A stretch of DNA of 64,000 bases from Octopus vulgaris (Eukaryota). Position 1 is the stretch's first letter. Each line of letters begins with the position of its first letter. Where the stretch lies: contig OX597815.1 of assembly GCA_951406725.2 (NCBI GenBank), forward strand, positions 188,046,001 to 188,110,000. The letters are read 5' to 3'. The translations under genes and the position numbers were made by a program. Of this stretch, positions 50,611 through 63,173 are shown in pieces. Below the pieces are notes generated by a model. That model saw nothing but the letters and a program-made list of their open reading frames with translations, was not told the origin of the DNA and did no database searches.

Positions 50611-51009
50611 CAGTATCGCCCAGCGTTGCTCGGGTTTGTAAGGGAAATAACTATATAAGCATTTTTAGAGATGTAAAGTATAATAGCCATCTCAATATGG
50701 CTAACCACAAAGTTGGGGGGGGGGGTGTTACTGTAGCTTATTACGTTCTGAGATTTAATAATACATTTTTAGAGAGTTACTTCCCTTATATATGCAAAAA
50801 ATGCATTAAAAATGGGAAAAATTGATGGTAAATTTTTTTTTAAATCGTAGACTCATCGTAGATGTGCGCTAATACCCAGAAGGGCTCGATATGAATCACA
50901 ACTATAAGATACCCGGTTTAGGTTAAACTGCACCACAAAATGTGGGAGTAGTTAGGAATTTAAATCGTAGGAGACAGACAGCACACAACCTCTCTTTTAT
51001 ATATAAAGA
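50607..51009 (-). mobile_element. Non-autonomous Helitron
   Basis: TAGCAGTATCGCCCAGCGTTGCTCGGG 3' hairpin end and TTTTATATATAAAGA 5' end; shares termini with 23989-24379. Confidence 0.78.
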
Positions 51010-51011
51010 TA

Positions 51012-51270
51012 TGTAAAAGTAATTTGTGACAATTATTCAGTAACCATGATAAAACTCCGAGTGGAAATCCACGCCGCCATCTCTTTTTTTTCTGATGGCC
51101 AGATAACTGAAGAGATGGTGGCGTGGATTTCCACCTTGGCATCCGAAACTCGGAGTTTTATCATGGCTACCGAATAATTGTCACATATTACTTTTACAGA
51201 TAAATTCCTCAATTTACATAATATTGAGGTCTCTTTCATTCTTTTGTTATCTTACTATTTTTATAAATAT
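51012..51270 (+). mobile_element. Penelope-like LTR fold-back with hammerhead at 51102-51162
   Basis: GATAA-CTGAAGA-GATG..GTGGA-TT-TCCAC..CATC-C-GAAA-CTCGGAG-TT-TTATC. 51012-51083 is an inverted copy of 51112-51198. Confidence 0.75.
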
Positions 51271-51408
51271 ATATATATATATATGTAGTTAACTTGAGGA
51301 AGTTATATCCTCGTTAGGAATTATATAATCCAAGATATTCACTAGTTAATCTCTATCATATAATGCGAAAGTCATTGGAATTACTGAAATTATATATTAT
51401 CAATATTG

Positions 51409-51769
51409 AAGGAAAAAGAAAATGGAGAAAAAAATAAATGTATGAATAATTTATTTGTATGTTATAAAATGATGAAAATTTCTTTTAAAAAATGTAACAG
51501 TACAAATAAATTGACTACATGTTGTAAAACTCGAAAAAAAAAAAAAAAAAGAACCTACATATATGTTTCAGTCCTATCACCTAGTTGATCACATAGGTTT
51601 CTTAGTGCTTAACCAAATATGTAGGTTCCTTTATTTTATTTTTTTTTCGAGCTTTACAACATGTAGTCAATTTATTTGCACTGCTATGTTCTTTAAAAGA
51701 AATTATCAATTTTATAACATACAAATAAATTATTCATACATCCATTTTTTCTCCATTTTCTTTTTCCTT
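51409..51769. repeat. Long inverted repeat, about 155 bp arms with a 55 bp spacer
   Basis: AAGGAAAAAGAAAATGGAGAAAAAA...GAACCTACATAT pairs with ATATGTAGGTTC...TTTTTTCTCCATTTTCTTTTTCCTT. Confidence 0.88.
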
Positions 51770-51815
51770 ACACACGCACATATATATATATATATATATG
51801 CATGCTGTTACATAA

Positions 51816-52028
51816 CTTTTTAGCATTCAGCTTACTTGTCAAATCTAATGCTTATTTATTTGCATTTAAAAAAAATAATAATATATTACCTTGTAGCTTT
51901 GAGGTTTTGATGATGTTTATTTTTAAAACGACATTATAGGATAGGTGTAAGACTCCAGATCTGCCCAGTTTGAACAAATAATAGTTAAACTATTTGGACT
52001 GGATATGGCTGCTTTAAATGCCAAAGGG
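51816..52028. mobile_element. piggyBac-type MITE, inverted relative of 15294-15514
   Basis: Ends GGATATGGC..TTTAAATGCCAAAGGG-TTAA; left end decayed. Confidence 0.7.
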
Positions 52029-52378
52029 TTAAGGTTTTCCTTTAGCATATGTGCATTGGAGTGTGAATTTTCATCTATTTATAACTTAAATGGGACTGTT
52101 AAAAATATACCTTTTCCTCATCATCATCATTTAACATCTATTTTCCATGCCAGCACAGGTTGGATGGTTTGACAGGTGCTGGCCAGCCAGAGAGCTGCAC
52201 CAGGCTCCAATTGTCTGATTTACCATGGTTTCTACAGCTGGGTGCCCTTCCTAATACCAGTCACTTTACAGGGTGTACTGGTGCTTTTCACATGACACCA
52301 GCACAAATGCTTTTTATGTAGGACCGGCAAAAGTGCTCATTACGTGGCTCCAGCAAGGGCATAAGATATGCACACAAC

Positions 52379-52971
52379 ACATTTCCAGAAAATCTTTGGC
52401 ATCAAATGGCAGAATCATGTCCCCAACAAAGATGTCCTCAACCAAGCAGGAATAATAAGCATGTTTGCACTCCTCACACAAAGACGTATGAGATGGCTTG
52501 GACATGTTAGCCGTATGGAAGATGGCGGAATCCCCAAGGACATACTCTACCGAGAGCTTGCTAGGGGCACTAGGTCTGTGGGAAGATCATTCTTACTATA
52601 CAAGGATGTTTGCAAAAGGGACATGAAGGCCTGTGGCATCAATATTAGGAACTGGAAAGCAGTTGCCAGTAACCACGGAGATTGGCGACGTACCGTAAAA
52701 GAGGGAACACAAAGGAGTGACAGAGGGAGAGAGGAGAAATGGAAAGACAAGAAAAGACGTCAACAAGAAAGTATGACATTACAACCAGCCAGGCAAAGTC
52801 TTTGTTACATTTGCGGCACCTGCCAGAGGGAGTGTTTGTCCAGATAGGACTACACAGCTACAACAGGAGATGTATTAGGACATGAAATGTAAAAGCCAGA
52901 CTAGATTATTTTATGCGTAACTCCATTGTCTCCCGAGACAAAAAGGATGCCAACAACAACATTTCCAGAAA
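52379..52971 (+). mobile_element. 5'-truncated RTE (BovB-like) LINE with target-site duplication
   Basis: KIFGIKWQNHVPNKDVL..RRMRWLGHVSRMEDGGIPKDILY..YKDVCKRDMK..CGTCQRECLSR, (CAA)n tail, 13 bp TSD ACATTTCCAGAAA at 52379 and 52959. Confidence 0.93.
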
Positions 52972-53519
52972 TCTACATTCATATATGCAAGTATTCTAGC
53001 ACAATTAATTTTGACACAAACACCAATGACACCAGAAAACTTTATTAAAACAGAACATAATTAATTTGAGAGAGAGAGAGAGAAAGAAAGAGAGAATGAA
53101 TGCATTACGAAAAAAAAGGAAGCACATTGTTTTAGTAATTAGTCGTAAGTAGAAAGAAAACTATTAGAAGAATATTATTCTCAATACCAAAACCCATTTA
53201 AATAAACTGTATGTGTAACTGAATGCTGTATTTTTTAGTGGCACTCATTGACAAAATAATTTGACATTTGTCATATGTTAACCTAAAAGACAACTCAAGC
53301 ATTTAGTTGCTATTTAAAATTGCTAGCTACAAGGGTCATTCTAGGATAATTTGTTAAATATCAGTTGTGTAAACTTGTGTGGGTAATTTTTTTTTTTCTC
53401 TGTTATTTATATCCATTAACTTTAGTTTTATATTTTCTCCAAACTTCTGATAATATTTTTGACCATCTTTATCACTTAATCAGCACTGTACAATATATTT
53501 ATTTGTGTATATATATATA

Positions 53520-53710
53520 TATAAAACCACATGTGAATCGTTGGTGATTTTTTCCCCACCGTCTTCCTTTTCTCTTGGACTTTCCTCTGTCTCGTTTCTG
53601 AAGAGCTTTTCTCAAAATGTAAAACTACCTTTCTTTCCTTCCCTGAGCATGTACCATGTCCTCATGTTATTTTTTTCGTATGTTTGTTCTTCGTTTTTAT
53701 TTTGGATTTA
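53520..53710 (+). mobile_element. Penelope-like LTR remnant with decayed hammerhead (53594-53625)
   Basis: GTTT-CTGAAGAGCTTTTCTC-AAAA-TG-TA-AAAC; related to 5372-5550. Confidence 0.5.
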
Positions 53711-53749
53711 CTATATATATATATATATATTTATGTATATATATGTATG

Positions 53750-54790
53750 TGAAATCGCAGTCATGGATGATACTGGTGTCATGTAGCTGGCACCCATGCA
53801 GGTGGCATGTAAAATTCACCTTTCGAGCATTGAGCCTCATGGAGGCAAAGTGGTTGAGCTCCTTTTGAATGTTGGGCCTCACAGAGGCAATGACTGAGAC
53901 CATTGGCTTTATGTCGTGCTTCAGAAGAAAGACCTAAAAAGCCAAGTAAAATTGCAGTCATGGCAGATACCAGAGTCATGCAAATGGTACCCATGTCGGT
54001 GGCACATAAAAGCACCTTTCGAGCGTTGGGCTTCATGGAAGCAAGGACTGAGACCATTTGGCATTATGCTGGCTTCGAGTGTTGGGCCTCACGGAAGCAA
54101 TGACTGAGTCACTTGAGAAGACCCATCAAGCCAAGTAAAACTGCAGTGTGGTAAATACCAGTGTCATGCAAATGACAGCCATACCATTTTCACGTAAAAG
54201 CACCGATTACACTCTCAGAGCGGTTGGTGTTAGGAAGGGCATCCAGCCATAGAAACCATGCCAAATCAGACTGGAGTCTGGTGCAGCCTTCCAGCTTGCC
54301 AGCCCTGGTCTCAAACCATCCAACCCATGCCAGCATGGACAACAGACATTAAATAATGATGATGATATGTGCATATGTGTACGTGTGTGTATGTATGTAT
54401 ATGTATGTATATATGTGTGTGTGTGTATACTATTTCTATTTATACATATATACATATATGGTCAGTGTCCCCTGACTGGCTCCTGTGCCGGTGGCACATA
54501 AAAAGCACCATCTGAACATTGCTGATGCCAGGTCTGCCTGACTGGCTCCTGTGCCAGTGGCACGTAAAAAGTACCAACTGATCGTGGCTGATTCCAATAT
54601 CTCCTGACTGGCTCTTGTGCCGGTGGCATGTAAAAAGTACCCACTACACTCTCAGAGTGGTTGGCATTAGGAAGAGCATCCAGCTTTAGAAACATTGCCA
54701 GATCAGATTGGAGTCTGGAGCAGCCAAACCATCCTACGCATGCCAGCATGGAAAACGGACATTACACGATGATGATGATGATGATGATGT
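53750..54790 (+). mobile_element. Two RTE 3' UTR copies (53750-54365 with internal tandem duplication; 54462-54790)
   Basis: Tandem units, AGGAAG(G/A)GCATCCAGC and (GAT)n tails. Confidence 0.83.
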
Positions 54791-55038
54791 TGATATAAAT
54801 ATTTTAAATATATGTATATATTTATGTGTGTGTAAATGTTTGCGTGTCTGTGTTTGTCCCCGCCAACATCGCTTGACAACTGATGCTGGTGTGTTTACAT
54901 CCCCGTAACCTAGCGGTTCGGCAAAAGAGAACAATAAAATAAGCACTAGGCTTACAAAGAATAAGCCCTGGGGTCGACTAAAAGCGGAGCTCCAGAATGG
55001 CTGCAGTCAAATGACCGAAACAAATATAAGAATAAAGA

Positions 55039-55134
55039 ATTTAGCAGAAGTAACAGAGTGACACAAGGTCTGAGAGTTTCGTGCCAATGCACGAAACTCT
55101 CAGACCTTGAGTCACTCTGTTACTTCTGCTAAAT
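55039..55134. repeat. Near-perfect 45 bp-arm hairpin
   Basis: ATTTAGCAGAAGTAACAGAGTGAC(A)CAAGGTCTGAGAGTTTCGTG-CCAATG-CACGAAACTCTCAGACCTTG(A)GTCACTCTGTTACTTCTGCTAAAT, one mismatch. Confidence 0.92.
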
Positions 55135-55339
55135 ATTGATAAAAATATACATATATATGTTAATGTTTGTTCTTATATTTAGTAATCCTAAAAATAATTT
55201 TACCTTAATCTGAGGTAATAAATTCGTGTATGTGTGTATGTATGTATATATATATATATATATACAATAGTGGTACAATAATACAGTCAATAATATACAA
55301 CCCTATAGTAAAGCTTCACTGTATATATATATATATACA

Positions 55340-55567
55340 AAGGCGGTGAGCTGGCAGAAATGTTAGCACGCCAGGTGAAATGCTTAGCGGTATTTCGTCA
55401 GCCGCTACGTTCTGAGTTCAAATTCCGCCGAGGTTAACTTTGCCTTTCATCCTTTCGGGGTCGATTAAATAAGTACCAGTTACGCACTGGGGTCGATGTA
55501 ATCGACTTAATACCTATGTCTGTCCTTGTTTGTCCTCTCTGTGTTTAGCCCCTTGTGGGTAGTAAAG

Positions 55568-55571
<4 letters not shown>
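55340..55571 (+). mobile_element. SINE family B, full length
   Basis: AAGGCGGTGAGCTGGCAGAA (A box), GAGTTCAAATTCC (B box), GCCTTTCATCCTTTCGGGGTCGAT..AAGTACCAG central domain. Confidence 0.9.
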
Positions 55572-55605
<34 letters not shown>

Positions 55606-55675
55606 TGGCAAAGATGTTTGCGTGGCAGTGAACCTGTAGGAAGAACATTAAAAAAATGTACAACCCAGATGTGAA

Positions 55676-55754
55676 TAATCTAGGACCTAGGTTTCGAACT
55701 TTCCAAATTACATTTGTTAACATAAATTTGATTAGTTCTCTTTGGTTAGATTCA
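55676..55754 (-). ncRNA. Decayed hammerhead motif
   Basis: AATCTAA-CCAAAGA-GAACT...AGTTC-GAAA-CCTAGG-TC-CTAGATT. Stems intact; CUGA core mutated. Confidence 0.65.
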
Positions 55755-56144
55755 CCTAGACAAAATTTCAGAAGTTGCTACATACACACAGACACAAACG
55801 CAGACACACACTTACACACACACACATCATTTATTCCTCCAAAACAAGAATGTAACAAATTTCTGGAATTTCTTATACTCAGATATTGTTCTGTGTTCTG
55901 CTGTGTTTATAAGGTGAGAAAATAAATGGAAGCTGGTAAATGGTTTTAAATTGCTTTCACTCAGCAATCATTATTCCTTGATTTATGGCAACTTGTTATT
56001 TAGGTAGATTGCCTTTCGACTTATGAATTATTTCACTCTATTTTAGCATGAAACATTATAATGAGGAGCAGCAACAGCAGCAGCAGCTGTAGTTGTATTT
56101 GTTGTTGAAGAGGTTTAATCAATTCTGCTTAAGAAATATCTAAA

Positions 56145-56826
56145 AGGAGCACTCTGTCGGTTACGATGACGAGGGCCACAGCTGATATGATCAACAGAAC
56201 AGCTTGCTTGGGAAATTAACATGCAAATCCACAGATATGTGTACCCTTAATGTAGTTCTGAGGGAGATTCAGTGTGACAAGGCTGGCCCTTTGAAATACA
56301 GGTACAATAGAAATAGGAAGAAAGAGTGAAAGAAAGTTGTGGTGAAAGAGTACAGCAGGGTTCACTACCACCCACTGCTGGAGCCTCACGGAGCTTTAGG
56401 TGTTTTCACTCAATAAACACTCACAACGCCCAGTCTGTAGATCGAAATTGTGATCCTATGACTGCAAGTCTGCTGCCCTAACCATTGGGCCATTGCACCT
56501 CCACTTGAAAGGAGCATTCAGTAGGTTAAGATGACAGCTGATACAATCAATGGAGCAGCTTGCTCGTGAAATTAATGTGCAAGTGGCTAAGCACTCCACA
56601 GACACATGTACCCTTGATAAAGTTCTCAGGGAGAATCAGCATGACACAGATTGTGACAAAGCCGGTCCTTTGAAATAGAGGTACAACTCATTTTTGCCAG
56701 CTGAGTGGACTGGAGCAATATGAAATAAAGTGTCTTGTTCAAGGACACAACACGTTGCTGGGAATTGAACTCATAACCTTACAATCGTGTGTCAAATGCC
56801 CTAACCCCTAAGCCATATGCCTTCAC
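56145..56826 (-). mobile_element. Two tandem tRNA-derived SINE family C copies with different heads
   Basis: Shared GAAATTAA.(G/A)TGCAA...TGTACCCTT..AGTTCT..GGGAGA.TCAG body. Minus heads TGGCCCAATGGTTAGGGCA and TGGCTTAGGGGTTAGGGCA..GAGTTCAATTCC. Confidence 0.85.
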
Positions 56827-56858
56827 TGAGAAATATCTGACACAGATTAAGCAATTAA

Positions 56859-57275
56859 CCCTTCCGTTACCAAGCCAGCTGAAACTGCCTCCAGATCTGA
56901 GTACAAATGTCTTGTTTTCATAAGTTTTGAATTAAAATCTTCCACAAAACTTGAGTCACAATTTATGTTCCTATCACTAGCTTAATGATAACCAAGTTAT
57001 TTAACTAAATTCTTTGTTATATTTAAAATTAATTGAAAGAAACACAGAGCATCACAACAGAAATATGGTAACAAAAGGGTTAACAAATTATTAATTTAAT
57101 CCTTTCGATACCAACCCACCTGAAACTGCCTCTGGCTCTGTAGTACAAATGTCTTGTTTCCATAAGTTCTGAATTAGAATCTTCCACCAAACCTTAGTTA
57201 CAATTTATGTTCCTAACACTAGCTGAAAGATAACTAAGTTATTTTACTAAATTTTTTGTTATATTTTAAAAGAAA
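56859..57275. mobile_element. Second piggyBac-type MITE (56859-57079) plus a truncated tandem copy (57100-57275)
   Basis: TTAA-CCCTTCCGTTACCA...TGGTAACAAAAGGG-TTAA. Confidence 0.85.
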
Positions 57276-57287
57276 GAATGAACAAAG

Positions 57288-57778
57288 ATGCAGGAGTGGC
57301 AGTGTGGTAAGAAGCTTGCTTCCCAACCATATGGTTCTGGGTTCAAATTCCACTGTGGGGCATCTTGGGCAAGTGTCTTCTGCTGTAGCCTCGGGCAAGC
57401 TGAAGCCTTGTGAGTGGATTTGGTAGATGGAAACTGAAAGAAGCCCGTCATAAATGTGTGTGCATGCCAATGTATTTCTCTGTGTGTGAGTGTATATGGG
57501 TTTGTGTGTGTGTATGTGTGTGCATGTGCATGAGTGTGTGTGCATGAGTGTCTTTCTGTGTGTGTATGTGTGTGTCTTTGTATCTGTGTTTGTATGTCAC
57601 CACTACTTCACAACCAGTGTTGGTGTATTCATACCCCAGTAACTTAGTGGTCTGGCAAAAGAGATTGATAGGCTTAAAACAAAAAAAAATACTGCAGTCA
57701 ATTAATTCAACTAAAATTCTTCAAGGCAAATGCCCCAGCATGGCCGCAGTCTAATGACTGAAACAAGTAAGAGAAAAG
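57288..57778 (+). mobile_element. SINE family A
   Basis: Head and tail motifs present. Confidence 0.88.
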
Positions 57779-58544
57779 TAGAGTGTGCTTTGAAAAAGAT
57801 TTGGCTGCTATTTCTAACCAAATTGAATGCCTCTCATTGTCTCACTGATTGATATTGATGGTAATGATGGTGATTTTAAGCCCAGATCAACACTGTATGA
57901 ATAGTAGTAGTAGTAGTAGTAGCAGCAGTAACAGCAGTAGCAGCAACTGTCTGGATGAGACTTGGAATAGATTTTGCTGCTATTTCTAGTAGGTTGATTG
58001 CCATTTAAACAATTGGAAGTGACCCTCATCAGAACACTTCTAACTGATCTTCAATTTTAATAATATTTTATTTCTTCGTGTGGGTGGTCTATTAGTGGAT
58101 TGTTTTTAGAAGCGATCTCTCTCCTTAATGGACTAAATTACCTTCATTATCTCATTTGCTTCCAGCTATATTTTAATAAATAAACATCAAAGAACATTTG
58201 TTTTTAACTATGGCATCGTATTAATCATGGTACTATAATTTAATTAATGAAGCAGTAGATCAATGAATAATAAAGCATATCAGCTTTAAGTAGACCCTCT
58301 CACTTTTGAATGGTTAGTTCCATCAGTTCTTGTTTTTCTACAGAAGAAACCAAACTAAAAGAACCAAGTATGAACTGATTCGGTGCAATTGCTCCCCAAT
58401 GTTTCATAACTCATGTACAAAACATTTATATTGCCAGGACACTAGGTTGTTCTCTGTGGGTCAATTATTTGAATGGATTTGGTAGAAGGAAACTGAAAGA
58501 ATCCTGTCGTATATGTGTATGCACAAACATATTATTTTATTCTT

Positions 58545-59050
58545 TTATTTCAGTTATTTGACTGTGGCCATGTTGGAACACTGTCTTTAGTCGAACAAGC
58601 CTAGTACTTATTCTCTTGGTCTCTTTTTAATGAACCGCTAAGTTTCGGGGATGTAAACAGACCAACATTGGTTGTTAAGTGATGGTGGGGGGTGACAAGC
58701 ATAGATCGCTAGCCACTACACATTCTTTATTTTCTCTCCCTGTTTCTTTCCGTGGAAGAGCATAGGCTTGAAACGTTAAAGATTTTCACTTACCGAGCGT
58801 TATACTAATACATCTGTTTGTTGTCAACACCACCTGTCTTCGTCTTCTGTTTTTTTTTTTGTGAATTCTCCCTATATATATATATATATATATATAGGAT
58901 GGGCATCTTTCAGTTTCCGAAATCCACTCACAAGGCTTAGGTCAGCCTGAGGTTATAGTAGAAGACACTTGCCTAAGGTGCCATGCAGTGGGACTGAACC
59001 CAGAACCATGTATTGGTAAGCAAGCTACTTACCACACAGCCACTCCTGCG
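58545..59050 (-). mobile_element. SINE family A interrupted by a Penelope-like remnant (58705-58875) with a hammerhead-like motif at 58745-58782 (+)
   Basis: TCTTT-CCGTGGA-A-GAGC-ATAG-GCTT-GAAA-CG-TT-AAAGA. Confidence 0.75.
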
Positions 59051-59274
59051 TATATATATTAACATATGAGATCGAGAGAATCTCAGTGTGGAAAACACTT
59101 TGTAGAGTTCAAATGATTTGAACCTACACTTTGATATCTTCAGTGAGGACCAAGTCAGCAGGGTAAAGAGTGACTGAAAGGGGAATCCAAGTGAGCAGAA
59201 ATGGAGACAATGACTTATATTCTCTCTCTCTCTCTATACACACACATACGTATATATATATATACGTGCCAATT

Positions 59275-59615
59275 TCGCTGACTGACTTTTGTGCTGGTGG
59301 CACGGAAAAAGCACCATTCAAGCGTGGTCGATGCCAGTGCTGCCTGACTGGCTCCCATGCAGGTAGCATGTAAAAATGACCATTCGAGTGTGGTCATTGC
59401 CAGTGCAGTCTGACTGGCCCCTGTGCTGGTGGCATGTAAAAAGTACCTACTACACTGTCGGTGTGGTTAGCATTAGGAAGGGTATCCAGCTGTAGAAACT
59501 TTGCCATAACAGACTGGAGCCTGGTGTAGCCTTCTAATATGCCAGTCCTCAGTCAAACCATCAAACCCATGCCAGCATGGAAAGCCGATGTTAAAAGATG
59601 ATTATAATGATGATG
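59275..59615 (+). mobile_element. RTE 3' UTR
   Basis: Three tandem units and tail. Confidence 0.85.
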
Positions 59616-60004
59616 CACATATATATATATATATATATATATAAGTGTGCATGTCTTTGTATCTGTTTGTCATTCACCACCACCTGACAACTGGTTTTGG
59701 CATGTTTACATCCCTGTGACTTAGTGGTTTGGTAAAAAAGACTGATAGAATAAGTACCGTACCACCTTAAAAAAAAATTCTGGGGGTCAATTTATTCAAT
59801 TAAAAATTCTTCAAGGTGGTGCTGGAGCATGGCCACAGCCTAATGAATGAAATTAAAAAAAGATAAGTACTTAATCAATGAACAAATGATTTTATGCATG
59901 ATTGACAGGCTTGTTAATTGGTTTTATGTAGTTAGACCACAGCTAACAAAACAAGTCTTGCAAGTAGATTTCAGCTCATTGAATAAAGTTATCGGGTTTC
60001 TTTG

Positions 60005-60415
60005 ACTATTTTTACTCATGAGCTAACCAGAGGAGCATCTTTGCCATTCGTTTTTGCAAATGGCACATCACAGCACACTTGAGTGAGATGTACCTACTGG
60101 CACCTGGTTGGTTATGACAACGAGGGTTCCAGTTAATCTGATCAGCAGAATAGCCTTCTCCTGAAATTAATGCGCAAGTGACTGAGCACTCCACAGACAC
60201 GTGTACCCTTAATGTAGTTATCATGGAAATTCAGCATGACAGAACGTGACAAGGTTGGCCCTTTGAAATAATGGTACAACTCATTTTCACCTGAATGGAT
60301 GGGAGCAATGGGAAATAAAATGTCTTGTTCAAAGATGCAATACGGTGCCAGGAATTGAACTCATGACCTTATGATCATAAACCAAATACTCTAACCACTA
60401 AGCCGTGCCCCTTCA
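60005..60415 (-). mobile_element. SINE family C
   Basis: Minus head CGGCTTAGTGGTTAGAGTA..GAGTTCAATTCC; body matches 56510-56826. Confidence 0.85.
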
Positions 60416-60510
60416 TAGAGTTACTGCTACTGCACACACAGACATTCTACACTGCATCCAGAAGAGGGTCACCTGTCGTATGTATGTATGTATATATATA
60501 TATATATATG

Positions 60511-60669
60511 TGTCAAGCGATAGTAGGGGGACAAACAAACATACATGCATACATACATCATCATCATCATCATCGTTTAGCATGGAAAGCAGACGCTAAA
60601 CGATGATGATGATGATGATGATGTATGTATGCATGTATGTTTGTTTGTCCCCCCTACTATCGCTTGACA
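60511..60669. repeat. Near-perfect 70 bp-arm palindrome centred on a minimal RTE tail inside a SINE A
   Basis: TGTCAAGCGATAGTAGGGGG...(CAT)nCGTTTAGC / GCTAAACG(ATG)n...CCCCCTACTATCGCTTGACA. Confidence 0.92.
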
Positions 60670-61475
60670 ACCAATGTTGGTGTGTTTACATCCCTGAAAC
60701 TTAGCGGTTCAGCAAAAAGAGACCAAGAGAATAAATACTAGGTTTACAAAGAATAAGTCCTGGGGTCGATTTGTTTGACTAAAGACAGTGTTCCAGTATG
60801 GCCTCAGTCAAATAACTGAAATAAAAGAATACGTTTGTGTATACACATATACGACAGGCTTCTTTCAGTTTCCTTCTACCAAATTCATTCTAATAATTGA
60901 CCCACAGAGAACACACTGGTGTCCTGTTAATATAAAAGTTTTATACATGAGTTATGAAACATCCAGGAGCCATTCTCCACCCTCCGACCTATAACCATGT
61001 TTTCTTCTTTCTCTGCAACTATTATAATGAGTTCTGTTTCTTGGAGGTGACAGACTCGTGCAACCTCCACAGAGGTTTTCCTGACTCACTCATCTTTCCT
61101 ATTTCCATTACCCTTGTTGTGCTCATTTCCCTGGGTCCTACACCAAGCTCTCAACCAAATCTTCCTTCTCTAGAATGTTGGTTTTCTGGAACTCCCACAT
61201 TGCTCAGGTCTTCCCTGCTAATGTTGATTGGCAACTGTTTTAGCAGAATATTAATAGCCTTGACCTCACCAGCCTCAAAGAGCTTGCAAAAAGCATGGGC
61301 ACAACCTCTTCCTCCAGATCTAGCAATTAAAAATATATGTACCTTGACCAAAATAAATTTAGAAAACACTGTTCTATGCAACCTAATGCACAACCTGCTG
61401 GAAATAGCCTTAGAAATCTCCCTCAAGTCACACCACCATCTTAAAAAGCAAAAAAAAAAAAAAGCTCAGATATAC

Positions 61476-61902
61476 AGGCACAGGTGTGACTGTATGATAA
61501 AAAGCTTGCTTCCCCAACCACATGGTACTGGGTTGGGCAATTGTCTTCTGCTATAGCCTTGAGTCGACCAAAGCCTTTTAAGTGGATTTGGTAGATGGAA
61601 ACTGAAAGAAGCCTGTCATATATATAAATATGTGTATATGTGTCTGTGCTTGTCCTCACCACTGTCACTTGACAACCAATGTTGGTGCGTTTACATCCCC
61701 GTAATTTAGCGGTTCAGCAAAAGAGACTGATAGAATAAGTACCAATGTTGGTGTGTTTACATCCCCGAAACTTAGCAGTTCAGCAAAAGAAGCAGATAGA
61801 ATAAGTACTAGGCTTACAAAGAATAAGTCCTGGGGTCGATTTGTTCGACTGAAGGCAGTGCTCCAACATGGCCACTGTCAAATGGTTGAAACAAGTAAAA
61901 GG
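61476..61902 (+). mobile_element. SINE family A with an internal duplication of about 68 bp
   Basis: ACCAATGTTGGTG.GTTTACATCCCCG...GATAGAATAAGT occurs twice. Confidence 0.87.
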
Positions 61903-62188
61903 ATATCAAATAATGTAGTCTTACTCTTAAAAAGTTTGAGAAAGTGATTGTATGGTGCCACTAGAGTGGGAGCCTGAGAGGGAAAAGAGCAGCAGGGCAT
62001 CCTATAACCACATAACAAAGGACCATTGACAAGAGAAGGAGATGAAAAGGGTGAAGAAGCTGGAATGAGACCAGAACAGAGGCAGAAAACAGAGCTGGTT
62101 GGAGAGGTTGTGTTGTAGCCTTATGTTCCTCATAGCATGGAGGGAACTAATTAACTAACTCCTAAAATGACAGTATGGTTACTACTAA

Positions 62189-62590
62189 AATACCTATTTC
62201 TTTACTACCCACAAGGGGCTAAACACAGAGAGGACAAACAAGGACAGACAAATGGAATAAGTCGATTATATCAACCCCAGTGCGCAACTGGTACTTATTT
62301 AATCGACCCCAAAAGGATAAAAGGCAAAGTCGACCTCGGCGGAATTTGAACTCAGAATGTAGTGGCAGACGAAATACCTATTTCTTTACTACCCACAAGG
62401 GGCTAAACACAGAGAGGACAAACAAACGGATTAAGTCGATTATATCGCCCCCAGTGCGCGACTGGTACTTATTTAATCTACCCTGAAAAGATGAAAGGCA
62501 AAGTCGACCTCAGCGGAATTTGAACTCAGAACATAGTGGCAGACCAAATACCGTTAAGCATTTCGGCCGACATGCTAATGTTTCTGCCAA
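62189..62590 (-). mobile_element. Tandem SINE family B copies
   Basis: AAATACCTATTTCTTTACTACCCACAAGGGGCTAAACAC repeated at 62188 and 62373. Confidence 0.88.
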
Positions 62591-63173
62591 CCCTGAACTT
62601 GACTTGGAGTTAACAACCATAACAACTACAATTTTTACCTTCTTAGTCATTTTTTTTCTAAAGGTCAATAGCTTTTAACAGTAATTTATCTTCAGATCTG
62701 ATTATTCTGCCAAACTAAATGTCTATTTAGTTTCATATTTCTACATTGAAATCCTACCAAGGTTGTCCTTACGTTTCATTCTTTCCCTATTTATAAAATA
62801 AGCATCAGCTAAACAGTAGGGGTAATTCAGTCAGCTATACACCTTGTGAGTTTGCATCAGTCTTCATCACCATGGTTTTAATGAATGACCTCGAATTTTG
62901 GAATTCTTATTCATTTTCCCTAAATGGAAGCTTGAGTTAATTTTAACAATCTTAAAAATAAAAATCACAATATGTGAAGTAATTCTGTTTTGGAATGGTG
63001 AAATTTGTAGCAGATAACGCTACAAATAATCCTTTCTACTAAAGGCACAAGCCCTGAAATTTACGGGGAGGGTACCAGTCGATTACATCGACCCCAGTGT
63101 TTCACTGGTACTTAATTTATCATTGTTTGACGGATATTTGTCCTCATCTTGTTTGTTGTTAACACAATGTTTC

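Noticed and set aside
60954-61556. 200 aa ORF and its antisense ORF
   Set aside because: No domain recognised; runs into family E and SINE repeats.
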